Notes: generated by a model not told the origin, from the letters alone. Counted from the stretch's first letter, positions 22,180 through 32,497 are shown. The stretch is DNA of 58,208 nt from Chromatiales bacterium (GCA_002868855.1 PKUM01000126.1:1-58208), one strand, 5' to 3'. Numbers and translations: made by a program.

Positions 22180-23529
22180 TCAGAACAACACGTCCAGGGC
22201 CTGTTTTAGTCGGCTGACGGCGATCACTTCAATATCTGCCGGAATTACTCGGGGGCGATTGGCCGTAGGGACAATCGCCCGGTCAAAGCCGTGTTTTGCC
22301 GCTTCCAGCACCCGCTCCTCGCCAAACGGAACGGGCCGCACTTCGCCCGCCAGACCGAGTTCGCCGAGAATAACGGTGCGGTCGCGCAGCGGATGATCGC
22401 GATAGCTGGACAGGATCGCGGCCACCAGCGCGAGGTCCGCGGCAGTCTCACTGATGCGAATACCGCCGACCACGTTGACGAATACGTCGCGGTCATGACT
22501 CGCGATGCCCCCGTGGCGATGGAGTACCGCCAGCAGTAACGACAGGCGGCTCTGATCCAATCCGGCCGCAACCCTGCGCGGATTGCCGGCGCGGCTCTCA
22601 TCCACCAACGCCTGTAACTCGAGCAACAGCGGCCGACTCCCCTCGCGCGTCACAGTTGTCACGCTACCTGCCACGGGCGCGTCATGCGCGGAGAGAAAAA
22701 TAGCCGATGGGTTGCGCACTTCCTTCAGGCCTTCGCTGCTCATCGCGAAAACACCCATTTCATTGGCTGCACCGAAGCGGTTCTTAATCGCCCGCACGAT
22801 CCGAAACCGGCTGCCGGCCTCGCTTTCGAAATACAGCACGGTATCAACCATGTGCTCGAGCACCCGCGGCCCCGCGATCGTGCCGTCCTTGGTAACGTGA
22901 CCGACAAGAAACACGATGCAGCCAGACTGCTTTGCGTATCGCACCAGCCGCGCGGTAGCCTCGCGCAGTTGGCTGACGGAGCCCGGGGCGGAATTCAACT
23001 CTTCCGAGAACATGGTCTGAATCGAATCCACGACCATGACGGCGGGACGGGCGGCGGCGGTCTCGTCGATGACCCTCTCGACCTGGGTCTCGGCAAGCAA
23101 CTCGATTGCGTCGCTGTCCAGCCCAAGTCGCCGCGCTCGCAATGCCACCTGGCGCAACGATTCCTCGCCGGTGACGTACATCACAGGCATGGATTCAGAT
23201 AACCGGGCTGCCGCCTGCAACAGCAGTGTGGACTTGCCGATACCGGGATCCCCGCCCAGTAGTACGACCGAACCGGCTACGAGCCCTCCCCCGAGAACCC
23301 GGTCGAGCTCACCGATTTGCGTCCCGGTACGCCGCTGTTGTGCGTCGTCTACGTCACCGAGACGTTGCCGCCGGGACTCGCCGGCATAGCCGCCGCGCCG
23401 CCGCGGAGCGGTTTCACCGCGTACCTCTGCAAACGTATTCCATGCGTCGCAGTCCGGACACTGACCTTGCCACTTCAGACTTTCGGCACCACAAGCCGTA
23501 CAAACAAAAAGGGTTTTCGCCCGCGCCAT
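22180..23529 (-). CDS. radA: DNA repair protein RadA/Sms
   Basis: C4 zinc finger CTACG...CPDC, GDPGIGKSTLL, KNRFG, Lon-like C-terminus. Confidence 0.97.
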   Translation of the reverse strand: MARAKTLFVCTACGAESLKWQGQCPDCDAWNTFAEVRGETAPRRRGGYAGESRRQRLGDVDDAQQRRTGTQIGELDRVLGGGLVAGSVVLLGGDPGIGKSTLLLQAAARLSESMPVMYVTGEESLRQVALRARRLGLDSDAIELLAETQVERVIDETAAARPAVMVVDSIQTMFSEELNSAPGSVSQLREATARLVRYAKQSGCIVFLVGHVTKDGTIAGPRVLEHMVDTVLYFESEAGSRFRIVRAIKNRFGAANEMGVFAMSSEGLKEVRNPSAIFLSAHDAPVAGSVTTVTREGSRPLLLELQALVDESRAGNPRRVAAGLDQSRLSLLLAVLHRHGGIASHDRDVFVNVVGGIRISETAADLALVAAILSSYRDHPLRDRTVILGELGLAGEVRPVPFGEERVLEAAKHGFDRAIVPTANRPRVIPADIEVIAVSRLKQALDVLF

Positions 23530-23658
23530 CGAAATCATCCCGCGAAAGAGCGCCCGATGATAGCACCAGACCGGGTTTCCGACCGGATTGATAAAATTAC
23601 CCTAATGTGCCGGAATCGCTAGTTTTTTCCGTTAATTGTCGCGTACACTCCGCGCAGC

Positions 23659-26109
23659 ATGAAGTCCCGTGGTCTGTTCTCTCGAATTCTCGAGCCGATA
23701 CGTAACTCGAGCGTTGCCAGCGCTTTGGTCTACAGCGTTGCGTTCCTGGTACTCGCCACAGGGCCATTGAACGGCGCGCTGGTTGCCGTCGAAGGCGCAC
23801 TTTACGATTACGGCCTCGGGCTTACACCAGATCTGCCCGATCCGCGAGTTACCGTGGTCGGTATCGACGAACGCTCGCTCGATGAGCAAGGCGCCTGGCC
23901 CTGGCCACGTGCAGTAGTCGCCAGGCTGGTCGACAAAATCACCGCTGGTGGCGCATCGTCAATCGTGTTGCTGCTCGACCTGACCCGACCCGAAGCCCGC
24001 GGCGGCTCCGCCGCGGCGAATGCGGATTTATCCGGCAACGGTGATTCACTGTTGCGGGCGTCTATCGAGCGTGCCAGCCGGGTCTATGTCCCGGTTGTTG
24101 CCAATGTCAGCGGCCCGGCCGCGCGCAAGGGATCGGTTTTCGGCGTTCCCCTCGGCCCGACTGGCAGTATTGCCGAAATCACGGACCTGCGACGCCCTCT
24201 GCCGGAATTTGTCGAGCATGCCAGCGGCATCGGGCATATTCACATGGTCCCCGACGGCGACGGTGTTCAGCGCGGCGTTGACCTTCTCATTCGCAATCAG
24301 TCTGACATCATTCCCGCGCTCTCTCTGATAGCCGGCACTCCGCATGAGGACACCGCGGGAACGAGCCCCTTTCTCGAGGGACGCACGCTGCGGTTCGACA
24401 AATTGCTCGTCGATGTCGATACGGACAGCCACTGGCTGCCCCGGTTTTATGCGCCGCGCAGCGGTACCTGGCCATTTCGCGCCGACTCGGCATCCGACGT
24501 TCTGGAGGGGCGCACGCCGGCTGACAAATTCAACGGCAAGATTGTCCTCGTCGGAGTCACCAGCCCGACCATCGAGCCACCGCTTGCCACGCCGGTGGCG
24601 GCCGCGATGCCTGCCGCGACCGTGGTAGCACACCAGATTTCCAGTATTCTGCAGCGCGACTGGCTGAGCAGGCCAGCCTGGGCCTCGATACTCGAAGGCG
24701 CACTCGGAGTGCTTACCATTCTCTACCTTTGTCTTGGCCTGCCACGACTTTCCGCCGTCGCCGGCTGGACCATCACTTTGTCGATGACGGGGCTCCTGAT
24801 TGCTACCGAGTTGACTTTCCTTTTGTCCCAATCGGCCTGGTTGCAGCTGGTAACAACGGCAATTTTCCTGTTGGGCGGTCACCTCGTTCTGACTCTCGAG
24901 GGTCTTACCGCGAGGTCGGCGGGCAGCTCGAAGGAGCGAAATGAATGGCATGAAAGCAACCGCATGATGGGGCTGGCGTATCGCGAGCAGGGTCAACTCG
25001 ATCTCGCATTTGAGCGCCTCCAGGTACTGCCTTACGATGACGAACTGATGAGTACGCTGTACCAGCTCGGCCTCGAGGCAGAGCGCCGCCGTAAAAACGA
25101 GCTGGCGGTCTCGATCTACCGCCATCTGGCCAAACACGAGCCGGACTATCGCGATATCACAAAACGGATAGACATCAACCAGCGTGCCTACCGCCGCCCT
25201 CCCGCAGCGAAAGCACCGCAACCCGTACAGCAACCGCTGCGGGTCAATCGGCAGACCGAACCGGGAAAACCGAAAATCGGGCGTTACACAATCGACCGCG
25301 AGATTGGCCGCAGTGCGATGGGGGTCATGTACCTCGGCAAGGACGAGAGAAACGGGTCTCAGGTCGCGATCAAGGCATTTCCGCTGGCGGATGAATTCGA
25401 CGAGGCGGAACTCGGCGGTGTGCGCGAGAGACTTTTGCGCGAAGGAGACGCCGCGGCGCGGCTCAACCACCCGGACATCGTAAAAGTCTACGCGGCGGGC
25501 GAAAGCCGCGGACTCGGTTACATCGTCATGGAATATGTCGATGCGGTGCGAATGAGCGAATTCGTACCCGAAGAGTCGCGCTTGCCTGCGGCGCGATTGC
25601 TGACGATCGCGGCCCGCGCCGCCGAAGCGCTGCATTATGCGCACGAACAAGGCGTCGTCCATCGCGACATCAAGCCGGCCAATCTGCTCTACAACCCTGT
25701 GAGCGGGATTTTCAAGATTACCGATTTCGGAGTCGCCCGCTCCGCCAATATGAAACGCACCCGGACCGGGGTCGTTATGGGGACTCCGTCATTTATGTCG
25801 CCCGAGCAAATTGCGGGAGAAACTGTGACAGGACACTCGGACTTGTTCGCGCTCGGTGTTACGCTATATCAATTACTTACGTCAGTCCTGCCGTTCAGAG
25901 CAGATACGCTGGTGCAGCAGATGTACAAAATATCTAATGATCCGCACCCGCCGATCGGCCAGCTGAGACAGGACTTGCCACCGTGTGTAGCGGAAATTAT
26001 TGACCGGGCGCTTGAGAAGCGCGCCGAAGACAGGTTTATAGACGGAACCGTTATGTCGGCCGCGCTCAAGCGGTGCGGCGCAGAAATGGATCGTCCGGGC
26101 ACGAAATAG
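23659..26109 (+). CDS. Membrane-anchored CHASE2-domain Ser/Thr (Hanks) protein kinase
   Basis: CHASE2 (IDERSL..G.WPWPR, D.DGV.R, GKIVLVG), 3 TM, TPR-like linker, VAIK, HRDIKPAN, DFG, GTPSFMSPE. Confidence 0.92.
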   Translation: MKSRGLFSRILEPIRNSSVASALVYSVAFLVLATGPLNGALVAVEGALYDYGLGLTPDLPDPRVTVVGIDERSLDEQGAWPWPRAVVARLVDKITAGGASSIVLLLDLTRPEARGGSAAANADLSGNGDSLLRASIERASRVYVPVVANVSGPAARKGSVFGVPLGPTGSIAEITDLRRPLPEFVEHASGIGHIHMVPDGDGVQRGVDLLIRNQSDIIPALSLIAGTPHEDTAGTSPFLEGRTLRFDKLLVDVDTDSHWLPRFYAPRSGTWPFRADSASDVLEGRTPADKFNGKIVLVGVTSPTIEPPLATPVAAAMPAATVVAHQISSILQRDWLSRPAWASILEGALGVLTILYLCLGLPRLSAVAGWTITLSMTGLLIATELTFLLSQSAWLQLVTTAIFLLGGHLVLTLEGLTARSAGSSKERNEWHESNRMMGLAYREQGQLDLAFERLQVLPYDDELMSTLYQLGLEAERRRKNELAVSIYRHLAKHEPDYRDITKRIDINQRAYRRPPAAKAPQPVQQPLRVNRQTEPGKPKIGRYTIDREIGRSAMGVMYLGKDERNGSQVAIKAFPLADEFDEAELGGVRERLLREGDAAARLNHPDIVKVYAAGESRGLGYIVMEYVDAVRMSEFVPEESRLPAARLLTIAARAAEALHYAHEQGVVHRDIKPANLLYNPVSGIFKITDFGVARSANMKRTRTGVVMGTPSFMSPEQIAGETVTGHSDLFALGVTLYQLLTSVLPFRADTLVQQMYKISNDPHPPIGQLRQDLPPCVAEIIDRALEKRAEDRFIDGTVMSAALKRCGAEMDRPGTK

Positions 26110-26124
26110 GGAAAAATCGCCTTC

Positions 26125-26961
26125 ATGAGTTTGACGGGGAAGATCAAGGCAACAGCGGCCACCGATACGGGGATGGTCCGCGAGCATAACGAGGATGCGA
26201 TCGGCAGCGATCCCGACCTCGGCCTTCTCGTTCTCGCGGACGGCATGGGCGGCTATAACGCTGGCGAGGTGGCATCGGGCATCGCTGTCAAGACAGTGCT
26301 GAGCCAGGTCTCGGCTGCGCTGGAGACCATCCCGGACCGCAATGAAATCGAGCCGGAATCGGGCCTGCGGCGCGATTCGATCATCCTGCGAGACGCGATC
26401 TTTCGGGCCAACCGGATTATCCATAACACGGCCCAGACCCAGCCCGATTGCGAGGGAATGGGCACTACCGTGGTCGCCTGCCTGTTTTATGACAACAAAA
26501 TCTCAGTTGCCCATGTCGGTGACTCACGAATGTACCGAATGCGCGATGGCAACCTTGAGCAGATCACGATGGATCACTCTTTGCTGCAGGAGCTGGTGGA
26601 TCGGGGTTTCTATTCGAAGGAAGAGGCGCTGCGCTCCACAAACAAGAATTATGTAACACGTGCGCTTGGCGTCGAACCCAGTGTCGATGTCGAATTAAAC
26701 GAGGCCGAGGTTGTTCCCGGCGATTTCTATCTACTCTGTTCCGATGGCCTTTCGGATATGGTTGAAGACGATGATATTCAGTTAACTATCAGCACTTTTC
26801 ATGCTAATCTTGATGTAGTTGGTCAACAATTAATCAGACTTTCCAACGATCAGGGCGGACGCGACAACATCTCGTTGATGCTGGCCTACATTGCGCAACC
26901 GTTTCCGGCGCGCAAGGGAATGTTGGGGAACGTTCTGAATTGGTTTAATTCTTCAAAATAG
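26125..26961 (+). CDS. PP2C-type Ser/Thr phosphatase (Stp1/IreP family)
   Basis: TDTG.VR.HNED, ADGMGG, GMGTT, HVGDSR, DHS, CSDGL, GG.DN. Confidence 0.95.
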   Translation: MSLTGKIKATAATDTGMVREHNEDAIGSDPDLGLLVLADGMGGYNAGEVASGIAVKTVLSQVSAALETIPDRNEIEPESGLRRDSIILRDAIFRANRIIHNTAQTQPDCEGMGTTVVACLFYDNKISVAHVGDSRMYRMRDGNLEQITMDHSLLQELVDRGFYSKEEALRSTNKNYVTRALGVEPSVDVELNEAEVVPGDFYLLCSDGLSDMVEDDDIQLTISTFHANLDVVGQQLIRLSNDQGGRDNISLMLAYIAQPFPARKGMLGNVLNWFNSSK

Positions 26962-26971
26962 AGGGCGGGTA

Positions 26972-27697
26972 ATGGCGCGTTTGATGCTTAGCCTCGACGG
27001 ACAAGTTCTGGCGGAATACAACATGACCAAGGAGCGGTACACGGTTGGCCGCCTGCCGGATAACGATGTCCGCATCGATAATGCAGCTGTGAGCGGCCAC
27101 CACGCGCTCATCATTAATATCCTGAACGACTCGTTTCTTGAGGACCTCAACAGCACCAACGGCACTTATGTCAATGGCAAGCTGATCAAGAAACACGCGC
27201 TTCAGCATGGTGATGTCATCACGATCGGGCATCACCAGTTGCGCTTCGTCGACCAGGAAGAAGCGGACGCGGATCCGGATGAGTTCGAGAAAACGATGGT
27301 CATCCACCCGAGTTCCGCCAGCGCCGAGAAAATGAACCAGGCGGCGCAGGCAGTGCAGCATGCCGTTTCCGGGTCAGGCGAAGCCGGACCCGAGACTGCG
27401 GCGGCGGCCCCGTCCCCGGCGACGCCCAAGATGGCCAAGCTTCAGGTTCTTTCCGGCGCGTTCGCCGGCAAGGAACTCGAATTGACGAAGGCGCTGACCA
27501 CCCTGGGTCGACCAGGCGTGCAGGTGGCAGGGGTTACGCGTCGTGCAGAGGGTTACTACATCGTCCACGTCGACAGCCTCGAGGACGGCAACTACCCGGT
27601 CATGAACGGCAAACGCATTGGTCCGCGGGCGCAGAAGCTCGAGGACAATGATGTGATCGAACTGGCCGGTGTCAAAATGGGGTTTTTCCTCAAGTAA
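26972..27697 (+). CDS. FHA-domain protein (canonical N-terminal FHA plus degenerate C-terminal FHA)
   Basis: GR...ND, VSGHHA, DLNSTNGT; the second domain has LGR and D.I..G but lacks SxxH. Confidence 0.9.
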   Translation: MARLMLSLDGQVLAEYNMTKERYTVGRLPDNDVRIDNAAVSGHHALIINILNDSFLEDLNSTNGTYVNGKLIKKHALQHGDVITIGHHQLRFVDQEEADADPDEFEKTMVIHPSSASAEKMNQAAQAVQHAVSGSGEAGPETAAAAPSPATPKMAKLQVLSGAFAGKELELTKALTTLGRPGVQVAGVTRRAEGYYIVHVDSLEDGNYPVMNGKRIGPRAQKLEDNDVIELAGVKMGFFLK

Positions 27698-28769
27698 CGT
27701 AGCGAACGTCTACGCGCTGGGTGACTCCGCACAGCAATTCGTAGGGGATCGTGCCGGCGAGCCGGGCAACCTGCTCGACCGGCAATTCCTCACCCCACAG
27801 GGTCACCTCGTCACCAATAGCTGCATCGGGATGATCCGCCAGACCGAGCGTGATCATATCCATTGACACGCGCCCCAGCAGAGGCGCGTTTCGCCCCCGT
27901 AACGCCACCGGCGCATTATTGCCGAGATGGCGCGGGTAGCCGTCACCATAGCCGATTCCCGCTACTGCAATCCGGGTTGGAACCGGGGCGCACCAGTTGC
28001 CGCCATAGCCCACAGATTCGCCTTTCCCGACCTCGCGCAGGGCAATAATTCGCGCGTTCAGCCGCATCGCCGGACGCAGTCCGAGATCGGCACCGGTTCC
28101 GCAACCAAACGGTGTAACGCCGTAGAGCGCAATTCCCGGCCTGACCCAGTCATAATGACTGCCGCGCCAGCCAAACAAACCGCCTGAGTTGGCCAGTGTC
28201 CGTTCGCAGCCCAAGGTGTCGGTAATCGCGGCAAATTCACGCATCTGACTCTGCGTCTTGGCATCTTCACGGTCATCCGCGTTCGCCAGGTGCGACATCA
28301 GTCGAGGCACCCCGCGGACACTCCCGCAATTACGCAGTCGGTGCAGAAATTCACCAAGATTGGCACCCGTGATCCCGAGCCGGTTCATTCCCGTGTCGAT
28401 TTTCAACCACACGGAGAAAGCACCACCGATCTCGAAATCTTCGAGCATCCGGAGCTGCTCGTCATTGTGAACGACCAGATCGAGACTCAGTTGAGCTGCC
28501 TGCTCCAGTTCAGCACGCAGATTTACGCCCTCGAGCAGCACAACCCGCGAATCGATACCGGCTTTGCGCAACTGTCGGGCCTCCGCGAGGCGCGCGACAG
28601 CCAATGCATCGGCCGATGCAAGCGCCCGCGCCACCGGAACGATACCGTGGCCGTACGCGTTGGCCTTGATGACAGCCATAACGCGGGAGCCGGGGGCTGC
28701 TGCGCGGACGACCTGGAGGTTATGTTTCAGCGCCGTAGTGTTGACCGTGGCACTGCAAAACGACGTCAC
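27690..28769 (-). CDS. alr: Alanine racemase
   Basis: AVIKANAYGHG, KIDTGMNRLG, RPGIALYG, GYGDGY, GRVSMD, GTIPYE. Confidence 0.96.
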   Translation of the reverse strand: MTSFCSATVNTTALKHNLQVVRAAAPGSRVMAVIKANAYGHGIVPVARALASADALAVARLAEARQLRKAGIDSRVVLLEGVNLRAELEQAAQLSLDLVVHNDEQLRMLEDFEIGGAFSVWLKIDTGMNRLGITGANLGEFLHRLRNCGSVRGVPRLMSHLANADDREDAKTQSQMREFAAITDTLGCERTLANSGGLFGWRGSHYDWVRPGIALYGVTPFGCGTGADLGLRPAMRLNARIIALREVGKGESVGYGGNWCAPVPTRIAVAGIGYGDGYPRHLGNNAPVALRGRNAPLLGRVSMDMITLGLADHPDAAIGDEVTLWGEELPVEQVARLAGTIPYELLCGVTQRVDVRYVT

Positions 28770-30160
28770 GAAAACGCCTCGTCGCCATAGGCCTCCGCAA
28801 CAAGGTTCTCGAACTTGGTGTACTCGCCAAGAAACGTCAGATGGATGTCGCCAACGGGGCCGTTACGCTGCTTCGCGATGATCACGTCGGCGATTCCCTT
28901 GCGCGGCGTATCCTGATCGTAAACCTCTTCGCGATAAATAAACGCAATGACATCTGCGTCCTGCTCGATCGCGCCCGACTCGCGCAAATCCGACATCACT
29001 GGTCGCTTGTCGGTTCGCTGTTCCACGCTGCGGTTGAGCTGAGACAACGCGATGATCGGAACATTCAGTTCCTTGGCCAGTGCTTTCAGGGAGCGTGAGA
29101 TTTCTGAGATCTCGGTGGCGCGATTTTCCTTTGTCCCGGTTACCTGCATAAGCTGGAGGTAATCGATCACGATCAAGCCGAGACCATGCTCGCGAGCAAG
29201 CCGGCGCGCCCGCGCGCGCACCTCGGTCGGAGTGAGGGCCGGCGTGTCGTCGATAAAAATCGGTGCCTGCGACATCATGGCCACGGCCATATTGATCCGA
29301 TTCCAGTCTTCGTCCGTGAACCGTCCTCGCCGCAGATTGGACTGGTTTACCCTGCCGATCGAACCGATCATCCGGAAACTCAGCTGCTCGGCCGACATCT
29401 CCATACTGAATATCGCAACCGGAATCTTGCTTCCTATCGCGGCATTCTCGGCAATGTTGACCGCGAGCGTGGTCTTGCCCATCGATGGCCGTCCGGCAAT
29501 GATTATCAGGTCGCTGCGCTGCAAACCTGCGGTCATTTCGTCGAACTGGGCGAAACCCGACGACACACCGGTTATGTCCTCGTCCGAATGGCTGAGGACG
29601 TCGAGACGATCTACCGTGGCTGGCAAAATCTGGCGTAGTGACTGAAATCCGGATCCGTGGCGTTTGCCTCGTTCGGCGATCTCAAATACCCGCCGTTCTG
29701 CCTCGTCCACCAATGCGCTGGCGGAGCGGCCCTCCGGTGAAAATGCACTGCCGGCAATTTCGCCTGCGGCGTCGATCAGCGATCTCAACAGCGATCGCTC
29801 GCGGACGATATCTGCATAGGCGCGAATATTCGCCGCACTCGGGGTCTCGTTGGCCAGGGTTCCGAGATAAGCGAGACCGCCGCATTTCTGCAATTTGTCG
29901 CGCCGCTCGAGATGTTCCGAGAGCGTTACAGCGTCGAACGGACTGTGCTCGTCTGCCAGCGCCGCGATTGCCGCGAAAATCAATTGATGATCGACGCGGT
30001 AAAAATCATTCTCATTGACGCGGTCGGCGATTTTATCCCACGCCGAATTATCGAGCATCAGCCCACCCAGCACGGCCTGCTCCGCCTCAGTCGAGTGCGG
30101 AGGAACGCGGATCGATCGTGTATCCGCTTCCTGGTCCCGTGTCTCGGCTAGCTCTGCCAT
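28766..30160 (-). CDS. dnaB: Replicative DNA helicase
   Basis: PPHS.EAEQAVLG, GRPSMGKT, IDYLQL, SQLNR, SDLRESGAIEQDAD, KQRNGP; no intein. Confidence 0.98.
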   Translation of the reverse strand: MAELAETRDQEADTRSIRVPPHSTEAEQAVLGGLMLDNSAWDKIADRVNENDFYRVDHQLIFAAIAALADEHSPFDAVTLSEHLERRDKLQKCGGLAYLGTLANETPSAANIRAYADIVRERSLLRSLIDAAGEIAGSAFSPEGRSASALVDEAERRVFEIAERGKRHGSGFQSLRQILPATVDRLDVLSHSDEDITGVSSGFAQFDEMTAGLQRSDLIIIAGRPSMGKTTLAVNIAENAAIGSKIPVAIFSMEMSAEQLSFRMIGSIGRVNQSNLRRGRFTDEDWNRINMAVAMMSQAPIFIDDTPALTPTEVRARARRLAREHGLGLIVIDYLQLMQVTGTKENRATEISEISRSLKALAKELNVPIIALSQLNRSVEQRTDKRPVMSDLRESGAIEQDADVIAFIYREEVYDQDTPRKGIADVIIAKQRNGPVGDIHLTFLGEYTKFENLVAEAYGDEAFS

Positions 30161-30275
30161 CGCCCGCGACTTGTCAACCTCTCCCCCATCTAACGGGTAT
30201 AACCGTGAACCCGAGTCAAACGCAAGCCCAACCGTTTTCGCGCCACCCGAAGGTCAACGACGAAGCGGGCGGAGT

Positions 30276-30725
30276 TTACTCTTCGCCCACCACGTTGACC
30301 GGCACCATGACCGATACGCTGGAGTGAAGATGGATCTCGACTTCGTGTTCACCGGCTGACCTGATCGGGCCATCGGCCATTCTGATTTCGCGTTTCTCGA
30401 CGGCGATACCGGCTTTCTCGCACGCTTCGGCAATATCAGCGGTGCCGATCGACCCAAACAATTTACCTTCGGTGCCCGCCTTGGCGGCAATAGTCAGAGC
30501 AAATCCCTCGAATTGCTTTGCGCGCTCGGTTGCCGCATCCAACTCGACGACAGCCTTTTTCTCCAGCTCGGCCCGGCGTATTTCCATTTTCGCGACGTTC
30601 TCGGCGGTCGCGAGCGCCGCCTTGCCCTGCGGCAGCAGGAAATTCCGGCCGTAACCCGAACGGACCTTGACCTGATCACCGATTTCACCGAGGTTTTCAA
30701 TTTTTTCCAACAGAATAACGTTCAT
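30276..30725 (-). CDS. rplI: 50S ribosomal protein L9
   Basis: M.VILLEK..NLG..GD.V.V..GYGRNFL.PQG, GKLFGSI. Confidence 0.97.
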   Translation of the reverse strand: MNVILLEKIENLGEIGDQVKVRSGYGRNFLLPQGKAALATAENVAKMEIRRAELEKKAVVELDAATERAKQFEGFALTIAAKAGTEGKLFGSIGTADIAEACEKAGIAVEKREIRMADGPIRSAGEHEVEIHLHSSVSVMVPVNVVGEE

Positions 30726-30759
30726 TTCCAGTCTCCTGCGCAGCAGACCCGTGCGCGGG

Positions 30760-31632
30760 TCAAATACGCTTCCGAACATCCAGCCAGTTGTCGAGAAATC
30801 CCGCCCCGGCAAGCACCGGCATGCCGATCTGACCGACGAGAATCAGCAACACGTACATCATTACCAAAATCGATTTGTGCAGTCCTCTTTCCGCTACCAG
30901 ATAATGCGCGACGGAAAGCCCCTGCAAAACCAGAAAGATCAAAAACATCCACGCCAGATTGGTCATTACGATCCAACCCGTCACGATCGCCAGCCCGATG
31001 ACCACGGTTACGACAATGATCAACAACCGCCCGAGGCGCAATTGCCGAAACTGCTCGCCAAATCCCGGCTCGCCGTCTCCGGACTTGTACCACCAGCAGC
31101 CGATAAAAAGACTGACCAGGTAACCGAGCGCCATGAAGCCAACGAAAAGGCCCGGGAAAATCGACACAATCGCCCCTTCGGCCTCTTCCGGCATCCGGCC
31201 AAATCCAAGCTGGGCCATGGCCTCCCAAACGCCGCGCAGCACGTCCAGCGCCAATGCACGTACGTCGGGCACCAGCGCCAGGCCAACCAGCAAAATCAAA
31301 AAGCCGGTAGCCGCCGCCACCTGAAAACTCAGGCTCAGCGAACGATAGCGCGTCTGCACTGCGGCAAGACCAAGCAACGGCAACCAGTTAATTGCCGCTA
31401 CCGTCAATGCTCTTCCCACGGCTGCCGGCCCGCCAACCGCGAGCGACAACACGCTCAGTATCAGCGCCGCAAACGCCGCGGTAACAAGACCATAATGCGG
31501 ATCGCGGCGCAGACACAGGTAAACGAGTAGTCCCCCTCCGAGAATACCCAGAGGCGGTAACAACATCGAAGCGGCAAGCAGCAATGCGCCTCTGTGCCGG
31601 CGCGCTTCAACCCAGCCGAAAAACTCGTCCAC
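30760..31632 (-). CDS. Integral membrane protein, probably DUF2232/YybS-like
   Basis: Multiple TM segments, F..LRL, QGLS..H, G..D.W.D.R C-terminus; sits between rpsR and rplI. GTG start is approximate. Confidence 0.7.
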   Translation of the reverse strand: MDEFFGWVEARRHRGALLLAASMLLPPLGILGGGLLVYLCLRRDPHYGLVTAAFAALILSVLSLAVGGPAAVGRALTVAAINWLPLLGLAAVQTRYRSLSLSFQVAAATGFLILLVGLALVPDVRALALDVLRGVWEAMAQLGFGRMPEEAEGAIVSIFPGLFVGFMALGYLVSLFIGCWWYKSGDGEPGFGEQFRQLRLGRLLIIVVTVVIGLAIVTGWIVMTNLAWMFLIFLVLQGLSVAHYLVAERGLHKSILVMMYVLLILVGQIGMPVLAGAGFLDNWLDVRKRI

Positions 31633-31695
31633 GTTTACCCAAAAATTGCTTGGCTCAGATGCGCCGGCCGACCGCGACCAGCGCACTCGCCGCAA

Positions 31696-31920
31696 TCAAT
31701 GCCGATCTGTATACGGCAACAGGGCGAGAAATCTGGCACGCTTGACCGCAACCGCCAGCTGCCGCTGGTAATTCGCTTTCGTACCGGTAATACGGCTCGG
31801 CACGATCTTGCCGGTTTCGGTCACGTAGTTCTTCAGCGTCGCGATGTCTTTGTAGTCAATCTCCTTCACGCCGTCAGCCGTGAAGCGACAGAATTTTCTC
31901 CTGCGGAAAAATCTGGCCAT
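31696..31920 (-). CDS. rpsR: 30S ribosomal protein S18
   Basis: [34 protein letters not shown]. Confidence 0.98.
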   Translation of the reverse strand: MARFFRRRKFCRFTADGVKEIDYKDIATLKNYVTETGKIVPSRITGTKANYQRQLAVAVKRARFLALLPYTDRH

Positions 31921-31954
31921 ATCTAATTACTCCTGATGATTCTAAATCTGCTAA

Positions 31955-32497
31955 TCAGACGCTTGCCGAGGACTTGTCGGCCTCGCCCGCTTCCGCATCG
32001 ACCCCTTCGGTCGCGTCTGCGGTCTCAGCTTCGGGCTCATTCGCAGCAGCCTTCACGGGCTCACCCGCAGCCGCCTCAGCGGCGACCGATGGCGCGGTAT
32101 CCGGCATCGGGGTATCGGGCTTCGCGCTGTCTTGATCCCCAGATGCTTCGCGGCGGTTCTCGCGCGGACGCTCCTCTTCTTCGGCTTTGGCCATCAATGA
32201 GGGTTCGGTTATCGCTTCTTTGCGACTGATCACCAAGTGACGCAATACCGCGTCGTTGAACCGGAAGGCACCGGTCAACTCATCGAGAATTGGCTTGTCG
32301 CATTCTACGTTCAGCAGAACGTAATGAGCCTTGTGGATCTTGTTGATCGGGAACGCCAGCTGACGCCGCCCCCAATCTTCAAGGCGATGGATTGTGCCAC
32401 TGCCTGTCTCAATAAGACTGCGGTAGCGCTCGAGCATGGCAGGAACTTGCTCGCTCTGGTCCGGATGGACCAGAAACACGATTTCGTAATGACGCAT
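31955..32497 (-). CDS. rpsF: 30S ribosomal protein S6 with long acidic C-terminal tail
   Basis: [45 protein letters not shown]. Confidence 0.97.
   Translation of the reverse strand: MRHYEIVFLVHPDQSEQVPAMLERYRSLIETGSGTIHRLEDWGRRQLAFPINKIHKAHYVLLNVECDKPILDELTGAFRFNDAVLRHLVISRKEAITEPSLMAKAEEEERPRENRREASGDQDSAKPDTPMPDTAPSVAAEAAAGEPVKAAANEPEAETADATEGVDAEAGEADKSSASV

Noticed and set aside
24046-25662. Long antisense ORFs (538 aa here; also 4125-5027, 15335-16309, 17706-18695, 34671-35585, 35978-37303, 37787-38674, 53036-54088)
   Set aside because: They shadow well-supported genes on the opposite strand, have no recognisable motifs, and are expected at high GC
23659-27697. T6SS regulatory genes ppkA-pppA-fha
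   Set aside because: No tss or tag structural genes adjacent, and the domain order (CHASE2 first, kinase last) differs from PpkA
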